DNA from: a virus | IMG/VR virus record: IMGVR_UViG_3300017971_000261 | Coordinates: 1 to 64,000 of that record | Reading direction: 5' to 3' (one strand) | Length of the DNA: 64,000 nucleotides | Part shown: positions 55,297-64,000 of the stretch, piece by piece | Layout of the letters: every line of letters starts with the position of its first letter | Position numbering within the stretch: position 1 is the first letter of the stretch | The notes under the pieces: generated by a model | Database searches by the model: none | Told to the model about the DNA's origin: nothing | The model's input: only the letters and a program-made list of their open reading frames with translations | Made by a program: the position numbers and the translations under genes

Positions 55297-57132
55297 ATGG
55301 ACGACGTGACATCCCATCTGGTCAATCTCTCAAATGCTCTTGACAAAGAGGGAGCAAAAGAAGTTGCTGACTTGGTCGACAATCTGCTTATCAGCACTGG
55401 CTCTCTACAAAAGACCGCTCAATATGTCGGTGTGATTGGTTATGTGCTGCGGCAGAATCGTGCTATGGCCAATTGTATCCGCAAAAAGCGTCGAGACATC
55501 GAAGGACCAATGCAAGATGTCGTACTTGGATGTCTCAAAGAGTATCAAACTTCTACACACTACCAGGACAATGAGTGGGTTAGTAAATATGCTCAAACGA
55601 TCGAGGCCCTACCGTTAGAGTTCGACGATGTCCTGCTCGCCTTCACAAACTCAGTAGCAGAACACAATGATATACCTGAACATTTCGACAATGTATGGCG
55701 TGTTGCATCAGCATTGTCAGATCTGAGACGTCCGGACCCAGAGATTGACAAGGTTATTGCGTCAGTGAGAACACTTCATGCTAGCCTGGAGTCCGAGTCG
55801 ACGACATTGGTCAAACAGGCTAAAAAAAAAATAGCCCAGCAGGGGCCTGAACAAAGAGTGCAAGAAAGGTGGTGGCGACGCCCCTTTCGCTCGATAACTA
55901 ACAGGCCTCTTACCGAACGCGGTCGACATCAGCGAAGAACTAACGAGTTCGAGAACCTAGCAGCAACAGCAAGACTCATTTCGCAATCTGCCAACGCAGC
56001 CATCAATAGCCTCAATCAATACGGACGCCTCATAGAGGGTATAAGATCTGAAGTGTCCGCTATGGCTGCTCGTCGCAGATATGGGCCGGTCATCCAAGGC
56101 ATAGTAGATGTTCTGCAAAACCTCGATAGCTACAATGCGTCCTCCAATATGGCCAATATGCAGCGGTACCGCAACCATATAGGCCGTCTAACCAGTGCAG
56201 AGGGTGCTCAGGCATCTGACTTAGCTCAGAGGGCGATTGATGCTTCGCAACAAATGCTTCAAAATGTTGGCTCTCAGATGTCGGATGACACATCTGGCAC
56301 CGAGGGCCGTCTTGATACGCTTCTTGATGAACTCTATCAGCGGGACGCTGGGATCAAGCGTCTTTTGAGTGCTGTGCCTAACCCACAGATAGAATCAGTT
56401 CGACGTTATATCTCAAATCTCAAGAATCAAAGAATTCAATTGTCTAGGGACATGTTCAATCCTCAGCTTTGGCTGTCTATTGCAAATCAAGCCGATCAAA
56501 TTGGCGAAGCTGCTACGGCAGAAGCAGAGGCATCGCCCGAACAACCAGCAACACCGCCACGAGGTTCTTATATGCCAAGCCCAGGTGAAGAGCCGGTCGG
56601 CGAACGTGAACGAGAATATCCTACACCCAGAAGACGAGAAGACAGTTCTGAAGGTGGTTCTCTCGAACCCGCTGATCACCAAGCTAGAGTGAATTCCATT
56701 CTTTCGTCCATGGGAGCTTTAGTCCCACAAACACCCCCTAATCCACCAGAAGAGAGACCCGAGATTGCCAGAGCGGTTCTACGCGGTCTAACAATTGGGG
56801 ATGTGAATTTGCTTAGCGTACTTTCTTCTGCCATGACAGGCACTCCCACAGAAGCCATAATTAACGATGTACTCAATGAGTTACAGCGAATTGCATCTTC
56901 ATCTACTACGACAGAGCCTGCCACAGAACCAGAGACAGCACCAACTGATGCAACCATCTCTAGCCGCCTTGACATGCTTGTAAAACTAGCCAATGCACTA
57001 GATCCGATTGATAGAGAGATTGCAGATCTCATTGATTCATACATTTACAAGGCGAAAGAGGCAAAAGGCGAACTCCCTGAATTGCCTGAATTTTCAGTAC
57101 TTGTAAAGGAGAGGGAAGCCAAAGCGCAGTAA
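55297..57132 (+). CDS. Hypothetical head-module protein with internal A10 tract
   Basis: LVxLxNALD module at both ends; A10 at 55822-55831. Confidence 0.75.
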   Translation: MDDVTSHLVNLSNALDKEGAKEVADLVDNLLISTGSLQKTAQYVGVIGYVLRQNRAMANCIRKKRRDIEGPMQDVVLGCLKEYQTSTHYQDNEWVSKYAQTIEALPLEFDDVLLAFTNSVAEHNDIPEHFDNVWRVASALSDLRRPDPEIDKVIASVRTLHASLESESTTLVKQAKKKIAQQGPEQRVQERWWRRPFRSITNRPLTERGRHQRRTNEFENLAATARLISQSANAAINSLNQYGRLIEGIRSEVSAMAARRRYGPVIQGIVDVLQNLDSYNASSNMANMQRYRNHIGRLTSAEGAQASDLAQRAIDASQQMLQNVGSQMSDDTSGTEGRLDTLLDELYQRDAGIKRLLSAVPNPQIESVRRYISNLKNQRIQLSRDMFNPQLWLSIANQADQIGEAATAEAEASPEQPATPPRGSYMPSPGEEPVGEREREYPTPRRREDSSEGGSLEPADHQARVNSILSSMGALVPQTPPNPPEERPEIARAVLRGLTIGDVNLLSVLSSAMTGTPTEAIINDVLNELQRIASSSTTTEPATEPETAPTDATISSRLDMLVKLANALDPIDREIADLIDSYIYKAKEAKGELPELPEFSVLVKEREAKAQ

Positions 57133-57226
57133 GCAATATAGTTTAGAGTGTCCGTACGAAGGGGCCGTGTAGCCTCGGAGGGATACCATAACCCTGCCTA
57201 GGGTCAGATAAAGGAGAGGTGAAACG

Positions 57227-57880
57227 ATGCGACTTTTCAGCTCGAAGATTGCGAATCCGGTAAGCGGAGGAACTACTTGGGACGAGTTTGTTGCCAAGAC
57301 ACTGTCAGCAATGAACAAGACCGAGGAAGAGACAAAGACCGCTGAGACGGAAGAGCAACCACAGAAGCAGGAAGAGGAAACCCAGGAAGAGGACGAGAAG
57401 ACCGCTGCCAAGATCATCAAAGAAGACGGGGAAGAGGAAGTCAACGTCAACAACGAAGGCACCCCCGAGATGACAAATGATGATTACGAGAAGGACATCA
57501 CAAAGCATCGCGAGAGCGAAGCTGAGTCCACAGAAGAAGTCAAAGAGGCAGAAACCGAAGAGACAACCGAAAAGCAAGCTGAGACCAAAGAAGAGGAAAC
57601 TGAAAAAACAGAAGACGAAGAGCCTGCGAAGGAAGAAGCCAAGAGCACCAAGGCTAGTATGCAGGATAGTTTCCGTAAGATTGCTTCACTGGGACGACGA
57701 GAGAAGCTTATGACATTGGCAGCTCTTGCGGCCGACAAGAATAACCCGATTGAATACTGCGAAGCGATGGTTGGAATCAAGTTGGCAGACATGACCGACG
57801 AGGAAAGACGTTGGTTTGCCGATTATATGTCCATCATCTATCCGCAGAAGTTCGTCGAGGAATTGGTCGCTAAGCGCTAA
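57227..57880 (+). CDS. Acidic E/T/K-rich protein (scaffold-like)
   Basis: AGGAGAGG RBS; long acidic low-complexity centre. Confidence 0.7.
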   Translation: MRLFSSKIANPVSGGTTWDEFVAKTLSAMNKTEEETKTAETEEQPQKQEEETQEEDEKTAAKIIKEDGEEEVNVNNEGTPEMTNDDYEKDITKHRESEAESTEEVKEAETEETTEKQAETKEEETEKTEDEEPAKEEAKSTKASMQDSFRKIASLGRREKLMTLAALAADKNNPIEYCEAMVGIKLADMTDEERRWFADYMSIIYPQKFVEELVAKR

Positions 57881-57922
57881 TCTTCTGGTTCCCTCGTCTT
57901 CGCTCGAAAGGAGTGTGGCCAG

Positions 57923-58585
57923 ATGATTGTGCCCGTAGGGTCTGTCAAGAAAGCGGTGGCACAGGCGGATTTTAAGAACGCCTCTGTCTTCGGCAGCGAC
58001 CTCTTTCAGAAGTTCGCTTTCAGGGCTTCAGAAGAGGACATGGATGGTGTTTCGCAAGTTCAACCTGCTCCTGATGAACAGCAGCAAGTAATGGAGGAGG
58101 CACTGGGACCGGGCTCACAGAGTCCGTCCATAAGCGAACCTTTTCGCCAACAGGACCAAAACCAGTATAATGTAGCCAAGATGTACGGCGTCGAATTCGA
58201 CCAGGGCTTGGCTCAGCAGGTTGGTCAAGGTTTGGGCCAAGGTGTTCCTCTAAAACAGATGATCAATGAATTCGTTGTAAAGAGCCTGCAGGACAAGTTC
58301 CCTGGGCTCAACGGCATCAACGTGCGTGTAGATACAAGCAACGTCAGTGGTGTTGAAGTTTACATGAACGCTTTGCCGGGACAAACACCAGAAAACTTAG
58401 ACGGTGGCCTCGTAGCAGAGGCAGCCGCTTTCTTTTTGGCCACGAATGGCGTCATTCAAGGGCCAATGGAATTTGGCAGTACTACCGAACAGTCTGAGGC
58501 CCTTTTTGAAGCGTACGTCAAAGCAGGAAAGTCAGAAGAAGATGTTGGGCCCGAAGTAAAGAAACCAGGCAAAGGGAGTAAATAA
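57923..58585 (+). CDS. Hypothetical head-module protein
   Basis: AAGGAG RBS; 220 aa. Confidence 0.7.
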   Translation: MIVPVGSVKKAVAQADFKNASVFGSDLFQKFAFRASEEDMDGVSQVQPAPDEQQQVMEEALGPGSQSPSISEPFRQQDQNQYNVAKMYGVEFDQGLAQQVGQGLGQGVPLKQMINEFVVKSLQDKFPGLNGINVRVDTSNVSGVEVYMNALPGQTPENLDGGLVAEAAAFFLATNGVIQGPMEFGSTTEQSEALFEAYVKAGKSEEDVGPEVKKPGKGSK

Positions 58586-59541
58586 TGACCCTCTCCAAAA
58601 ACTCATCGGATAACGAAACAGTCGACGAACTTCTCGGACAACTCATTGACAAAGTAGAGGAAAAAACGGCTGAATCAAGCATAGGAAGTCCCAGCGAACA
58701 GTCTGAGACTTTCTTCCAGTCATTCACAGAAGGTGATATGACCGGCGTGCGCCGTGAGTTCCTTAATGATGTCGGCAAGGAACTATTGTACGCCGCGAAT
58801 AGGGCCGGTGTCAATATCTCGGAAACAGATCTTGCTAAGTTTGCCACTGATGCATGGAATAACAACACCAGAGGTCGAAATCTGGAACTCCAAGCCCGTG
58901 GCTACTGCAGAAAACTAGCAGATATTGAGGCCAACCCAAAGCCAGGGACAACAAGAGTTGCTGGCAATTCTGAGACAGACCGTTTCAATCCTCACCGGAT
59001 TACCTCTGGCAGCTTTGTGCCTAACGAGAATCGACAGGGATACATCGGGATGTCTAAAAGCCCTAACTCCATCTGGGACTCTGAGGCCATCATTCGCCTC
59101 GCTCAGGAAAAGGGCGGTGACGAGAAGATCAAGGAAAGCCATCAAGCACGCCAAGATTACAAAGAGGCCCAGAAGTTCAAAGAACGGTTCCAGCGAGAAA
59201 ACAAAGAGGCCCCGATGGACACCGGTGTACAGCGTTCTGCATCCGCTTTGGATGGTATGAATGAACGTAACGATCCGCCCGTATCCGGTCTCAGAATTCT
59301 TAGCGAGGATCGAGATTTCAACAATGTGCCTGATCTAACAGAAGGTGAGAAGATCAAAGCACGCAGGCGCGACGAGAAAGTTGCGAAGGCCAAGAAAGAA
59401 CTCGAAATACTCAAAGGCACGACCAAGGTTGATAACTCGGCCAGCTCACTATTTGGGATCAACGAGCCGTCAGATGGAATGTCCTCAATTGAACGCAAAG
59501 GCATGGACAATCTTTTCGGCGGTGGTGAAGAAACCAAGTAA
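58585..59541 (+). CDS. Hypothetical head-module protein
   Basis: 318 aa, translationally coupled. Confidence 0.7.
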   Translation: MTLSKNSSDNETVDELLGQLIDKVEEKTAESSIGSPSEQSETFFQSFTEGDMTGVRREFLNDVGKELLYAANRAGVNISETDLAKFATDAWNNNTRGRNLELQARGYCRKLADIEANPKPGTTRVAGNSETDRFNPHRITSGSFVPNENRQGYIGMSKSPNSIWDSEAIIRLAQEKGGDEKIKESHQARQDYKEAQKFKERFQRENKEAPMDTGVQRSASALDGMNERNDPPVSGLRILSEDRDFNNVPDLTEGEKIKARRRDEKVAKAKKELEILKGTTKVDNSASSLFGINEPSDGMSSIERKGMDNLFGGGEETK

Positions 59542-59555
59542 CGAAGGGAACGCTC

Positions 59556-61061
59556 GTGTTCAATCTGACCAAGTTTAGCCAAGAAGAAGGCGAGGGGCCT
59601 CCCACCGAAACAGAGTTCAGTACAGATGTCGAACAAGAGGCCACAGATATAGGTCAGGAATCCGAGGAGCCGACAGAACCAACAGAAACCCTAACTGGGA
59701 CTAGGTTGTTCAATGCACTTCTGGTCGGAAAGCTCCAGGATTACTACGACCCGGGCGTATTCCAGGCTCTCATGGCGGGCGTCTCCCCTCCGCACAATGT
59801 AGACGCGATCGAAGGCGATGTCCGTCGTCTTCCTGAAATCCAGAATACCAATCCAGAATACTTTCAATGGGACCAAAACGCAAACCGAGCGTTTCAGCAG
59901 GTTAAGGCAATTCTTGATTCGGGTGGCACACCAGTTGTCCCACTTCGAGCAGCCAGCTCTGATGAAATCGTCAAGGAAGGCCAAATAACACCAGAACCAC
60001 AAGAAAACCAAGGACCTATGGCATCAGAGGACGCATTTGTTGCTACGTATTTGGCACCCCTAACAGGGTATGACCACGAGAAAAATGCGACCATAGAGAC
60101 TTCAGAATCCGCACGGGCCCAGATACTTGAGAACATTTGTCCAATTGGCGAAGAGGAAGCCAATAGCGAACTCGAAGAAATACAAAGGCTAGACCCAAAA
60201 CTGAATTCGCAGGAAGCAGATCAACAAATGCGGAAGTTTTATCAAAGGTGGATTCCGCCTGCACTTAGGCGAGCCCCCCAAATGGAGCAGACAGTCATGA
60301 GCGAAAATACGCCGGAAGGCATCATCAAACATAACCTCTGCAAGTTCTGCTCACAGTCAGACGATTGTGGGAAGAAAGGCATGAAGAAGGAAGCCTCCGT
60401 TGCGTTCTATGGGCAACCTTACTTACTCTATGGCCCAACAGAGAAACGAAAGTGTCCCAAGATGAGCGGCAAGAATATGGGAGACTTCGTATCGGAATAC
60501 ATCTGCCGACACCACTGTCTAGACGGCATTGTCATTGATGATAACAAAACGGTTTGTGGTGAAGCGCTATGGCGTGCGAACGTTATGGACAAGTACAGCC
60601 GTGACTATGTTGATGCGGATGGCAACTTGGTAGGCGGTTATATCAACAAGCGGTTTGAGGTGAATTACAATGTCCCGGAAGACAATAACATTAGACTTAA
60701 ACCTGGTGAAGTCCGCAAACCGTCAGAACGGTTCTGGAACTACGAAGCCAGGATGCAGCACATGCGGGAGACAGAGGGGAAAAAGAGGGGATACCGCCCG
60801 ACCACAGACACCTCCCCGCCTTTTAACTGGTCTAGAGATGTGGAACAAAACAACGTAGAGGCCTCGCAAGAAGAGAGAGATCGCCGAGAAGAAGCCAGCG
60901 GCCATCAGACCGTACAGTACACCAACAGGGATCAGGGTGAGAATCAACCCAAGAAAGCGTTCAATCTCAACGCATTCAAGGAAGTTACAGCAAGCACAGA
61001 CGAAACAACGATCATTACGACCAGTGCCGTCGATACGGAAGATCCAAAAAAAAAAGACTAG
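59556..61061 (+). CDS. Hypothetical head-module protein ending at an A10 slippery tract
   Basis: 501 aa; ends CCA AAA AAA AAA GAC TAG. Confidence 0.8.
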   Translation: MFNLTKFSQEEGEGPPTETEFSTDVEQEATDIGQESEEPTEPTETLTGTRLFNALLVGKLQDYYDPGVFQALMAGVSPPHNVDAIEGDVRRLPEIQNTNPEYFQWDQNANRAFQQVKAILDSGGTPVVPLRAASSDEIVKEGQITPEPQENQGPMASEDAFVATYLAPLTGYDHEKNATIETSESARAQILENICPIGEEEANSELEEIQRLDPKLNSQEADQQMRKFYQRWIPPALRRAPQMEQTVMSENTPEGIIKHNLCKFCSQSDDCGKKGMKKEASVAFYGQPYLLYGPTEKRKCPKMSGKNMGDFVSEYICRHHCLDGIVIDDNKTVCGEALWRANVMDKYSRDYVDADGNLVGGYINKRFEVNYNVPEDNNIRLKPGEVRKPSERFWNYEARMQHMRETEGKKRGYRPTTDTSPPFNWSRDVEQNNVEASQEERDRREEASGHQTVQYTNRDQGENQPKKAFNLNAFKEVTASTDETTIITTSAVDTEDPKKKD

Positions 61062-61390
61062 CTAGTACCCTCCAGAAGCACGGCCCGACGGAGGCGATTT
61101 CGCCGTCGGGCTCTTCTTGTTTCAACCTGAGCAAACAACCACAGGTAGCAGACCCGATTCTAGAGGTTGACGCCAAAGTTTGTGTCACTCCAGAATTCCT
61201 TCAGCAATTCATAGATGAAGATGGCGATTTTGATGAAGAGCAGTTTGATCTCTTTATTGATTCCCTAAGCGACTCTGAGAAGTCTATAATGGAACAAAAC
61301 CTGAACAATATCGGTGAACTGCTTCGACTTAAGGCTTTGGTTGATTCAGATCATGAAGAGTCCGCCAAAGACCTTGAGATGGATGGGTAG
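61055..61390 (+). CDS. Start-less -1-frame extension of 59556-61061
   Basis: 111 sense codons RLASTLQKHG...FNLSKQPQ...DLEMDG*, fills the gap up to the portal RBS. Confidence 0.7.
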   Translation, partial: RLASTLQKHGPTEAISPSGSSCFNLSKQPQVADPILEVDAKVCVTPEFLQQFIDEDGDFDEEQFDLFIDSLSDSEKSIMEQNLNNIGELLRLKALVDSDHEESAKDLEMDG

Positions 61391-61410
61391 TCCGCCGGTG
61401 AGGTGACCTT

Positions 61411-64000
61411 ATGTCAAAACTAATACTGCCTGATGATCCTGAGTTCCACCAGCCCACAGTGTGGGGTGATGCAATCGCCAAGGGGCTTACGCCAAAGTCG
61501 GCATCCGATAAAATCGTCAAGCAAGCTTCACAAGAAGCAGCCAACCAAGTTCGTTATGCCCAGACCATGCTTACGCCAACCCAAGAATGGTGGTACAAGC
61601 AAGCCCAAATGGCTAGTCCCGGCATCAACAACATGGTGACGAGCCCCATGTGGTTCTCTCCGATACATACACCAATGAATTGGCAAATTGCCTCAAAACG
61701 GAGAGAGATATATAATTGGTGCAGGTTCTTTTATACCAATGAAGCTAAAGTTGCTGCTGCTATAGATTTCTATTGTTTCGATCCCACCATGCAAGTGCTG
61801 CTCGCAGATGGTAGACAAAAAGCTATCTCATCTGTTCAGCCTGGCGATCTCGTACGTTCACATGATGGCTCGTCTAATGTTGTCAAAAACAAGTTCGTGC
61901 GCCGCACCAGAGAAACAATGTTGAGCGTCGCTGTTTCTGGAATATGCGGTGGAAAAACAATGAGGGTAACAACTGGCCACGAAATACTTACCGAACGTGA
62001 CGGAGAGATCACGTTCGTTAAAGCTGGCGAACTTCGAAAAGGTGATTATCTTCTTACCCCTATTCTTTACGATAGTATACCGGACTGCGAGACAATAAAT
62101 AAAGATCTAGCATGGCTGCTCGGCGTTTACGCTGCCGAAGGTTGTGGAATACCCTATGAAAAAGAACTTTCAGATGGCTCGGTCCACAAGAGATTCAAGG
62201 GTGTCTATTTTACTATTAGCATTGATGAAAGAGATTTCGCTGATCGTATACGTTCTGCGGTACACCGAGTATACGGGGAAAATAAAGTAACTATTACAGA
62301 AATACCGGAGAAAGGCAAAATAAGGATATCAGCATATGGTTTGCAGATAGCTGACGACCTGATAGGCCTTTGTCCTGGTATGAGTAGAACAGGAACGAAA
62401 CGATTTGCACCGGTCGTCATGGGATTTGGCAAAAAAACTCTACTGTCCATCCTGTGCGGCTTCCTGGATGGTGATGGATGTTTCAATGCTGCCAACGGTT
62501 TCCAGGGTGTTGGTGTTTCCAAAACTCTGTGCGAGCAGATAGCTAATATTTGTGACATACTAGGACTTGAGTACAGCTTCACAAGCACGCGGATCTCTAA
62601 GGGAAATCGTCAGACGTGTTACAACATAAGAATCTCACGTCGAAGTTGTGACCTGTTGTCTGACGCCTGTTATAAGATTTACGAACATCAAATAGATGAA
62701 AGCAAAATACGCAACACACCTTATTTTGCAAAGGGAAAATACATATACCGTAAGATTAGATTTATCAAAGAGTACGAATATGAAGGAAATGTTTATGATC
62801 TTGAAATAGAAAACTCCCATTCCTATGTTGTAAACAGGGTTGCTGTACACAACAGCGGCTTTCCGCTTAACGGGTTTGATCTGGCCTGCAAAGACAATAA
62901 CGTTCTCAAGTTTTTCGAGCATAAGATAGTAAGAAAGCTTGATCTACTCAATATTCTAAGGCAAGTTGCGTCCGAGTACTATATGCTAGGTGATGTCTTT
63001 GTCCACACCGACATCGAATGTCCGCACTGTGGTGGTACGGCCAGAGACCCGAAGACCGGACGCATGTGCAATCACCCGGACGGGATGATCAGCAAGCTTC
63101 GGATACTGAATCCGGACTGGATCGAGGTGCACCAGCCGGTCATATCTGATGAGCCGTACATCGTACTCATACCGGACGAAGAACTCACTACGATTGTGAT
63201 GCGACGTCGACCGAGACAGATCTATGATAGCTTGCCGGACTACATCAAACAGTACGTCGCGGCCCACCAGCCGATCCCGCTCTCGAACCGCGTAACGTCA
63301 CACCTTAAGCATATGCCCGTTCCATACGGAACCTACGGAACAAGCCTCATTCGTAGGCTTTTCCAGACGTTGGCATACAAGACAAAAATCATGACTGCGA
63401 ACTGGATTGTCGCAGAGAGACTAATCGTTCCGGTACGTATCGTCAAGATCGGTAGCGACCAGCGTCCAGCATCGTCTGCCGACATCTCTGATGTCCAAAT
63501 GCAGTTAGCTGCAACGGCTAATGATCCTAATCTGACCATAGTGACCCACCACAATTTCGAACTCGAATGGTATGGTGCCTGTTTTCCGCAAACCAATGAT
63601 ATACAAGTACTTACGCCAGAAGGATGGAAAACATACGAAGAAATCAATGACGATGATCTTGTCGGAACATTTAACAAGGAATCTGGTATTCTAGAGTTCC
63701 AGCAATTCACACAAAGACATGAATACGAATATGATTCATCACTATACGGGCCGCTTTATTCATTTGGTGATAAATTGATGGATATACCAGTTACGCCGAA
63801 CCACCGCATGCTAGTAAGGAAAGGAAGATGGACTGATCGCTATGACACTGTAATGTCTCAGGATGTAAAAAGACACCATAAAATCCCGTGCCGAGTTGGC
63901 TGGAATGGCAAACTTCCCCCATCTTTGCCTTATCGGTCTTGCTCGGCTTTGTCGAATATGTCGCTCCATGATTTCTTGCGTTTTGCTGGTTACTATGTCT
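61411..64000 (+). CDS. Portal protein with two inteins (3'-truncated by window)
   Basis: GAGGTG RBS; open frame to edge; AIDFY|SGFPL, YYMLGDVF, YGTSLI, KIGS, THHNFELEWYGA; packaging-module context. Confidence 0.75.
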   Translation, partial: MSKLILPDDPEFHQPTVWGDAIAKGLTPKSASDKIVKQASQEAANQVRYAQTMLTPTQEWWYKQAQMASPGINNMVTSPMWFSPIHTPMNWQIASKRREIYNWCRFFYTNEAKVAAAIDFYCFDPTMQVLLADGRQKAISSVQPGDLVRSHDGSSNVVKNKFVRRTRETMLSVAVSGICGGKTMRVTTGHEILTERDGEITFVKAGELRKGDYLLTPILYDSIPDCETINKDLAWLLGVYAAEGCGIPYEKELSDGSVHKRFKGVYFTISIDERDFADRIRSAVHRVYGENKVTITEIPEKGKIRISAYGLQIADDLIGLCPGMSRTGTKRFAPVVMGFGKKTLLSILCGFLDGDGCFNAANGFQGVGVSKTLCEQIANICDILGLEYSFTSTRISKGNRQTCYNIRISRRSCDLLSDACYKIYEHQIDESKIRNTPYFAKGKYIYRKIRFIKEYEYEGNVYDLEIENSHSYVVNRVAVHNSGFPLNGFDLACKDNNVLKFFEHKIVRKLDLLNILRQVASEYYMLGDVFVHTDIECPHCGGTARDPKTGRMCNHPDGMISKLRILNPDWIEVHQPVISDEPYIVLIPDEELTTIVMRRRPRQIYDSLPDYIKQYVAAHQPIPLSNRVTSHLKHMPVPYGTYGTSLIRRLFQTLAYKTKIMTANWIVAERLIVPVRIVKIGSDQRPASSADISDVQMQLAATANDPNLTIVTHHNFELEWYGACFPQTNDIQVLTPEGWKTYEEINDDDLVGTFNKESGILEFQQFTQRHEYEYDSSLYGPLYSFGDKLMDIPVTPNHRMLVRKGRWTDRYDTVMSQDVKRHHKIPCRVGWNGKLPPSLPYRSCSALSNMSLHDFLRFAGYYV
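61774..62853 (+). mobile_element. Intein 1 (360 aa) with LAGLIDADG endonuclease
   Basis: CFDPTMQVLLADG...VTTGHE...LLGVYAAEG...GFLDGDG...VYDLEI...AVHN/S. Confidence 0.93.
63580..64000 (+). mobile_element. Intein 2 (partial)
   Basis: CFPQTNDIQVLTPEGWK (block A), VTPNHRML (block B). Confidence 0.88.

Noticed and set aside
62205-63710. Minus-strand ORFs listed near the window end
   Set aside because: Antisense shadows of the portal/intein frame, which the ORF track missed because it has no stop in the window
1-64000. Stop-codon reassignment
   Set aside because: Long conserved genes are intact in code 11, TAA, TAG and TGA all end genes, and no suppressor tRNA is seen
1-64000. CRISPR array or cas genes
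   Set aside because: No repeat-spacer array found; the RuvC protein is an ordinary-sized TnpB with an IS-like end

Overview
This window looks like part of a large (jumbo-type) tailed phage genome read in standard code 11. The host is plausibly a Planctomycetota member (Phycisphaerae-like), inferred from bS21, a TIGR03790-family protein and a beta-helix surface protein with a CGxG-TM-basic tail. The left two thirds are accessory and replication genes: a His-kinase plus two receivers, three proteases (C1A, S1, S8), an IS607-like TnpB with element ends, LAGLIDADG and HNH nucleases, class II RNR, GyrB/ParE, GrpE, bS21, a PTP, a GT4 and four tRNA-Leu genes. The right third is the packaging/head module, with the terminase large subunit, many unknown proteins and a portal carrying two inteins that runs off the edge. 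The most notable signals are: (1) a tRNA-Leu(GAG) with a 128-nt highly structured insert at position 31/32 that fits no known intron class; (2) a nine-unit C4 zinc-finger array preceded by six 10-bp-phased GTC repeats; (3) an A10 slippage site that opens a start-less extension just before the portal; (4) a recurrent W/F/L-x-(x)-K-x-A motif across head-module proteins and two distant enzymes; (5) IS607-like ends enclosing 4.2 kb with cargo; (6) several promoter-bounded structured RNAs. All family calls come from motif recognition by eye; no searches were run.
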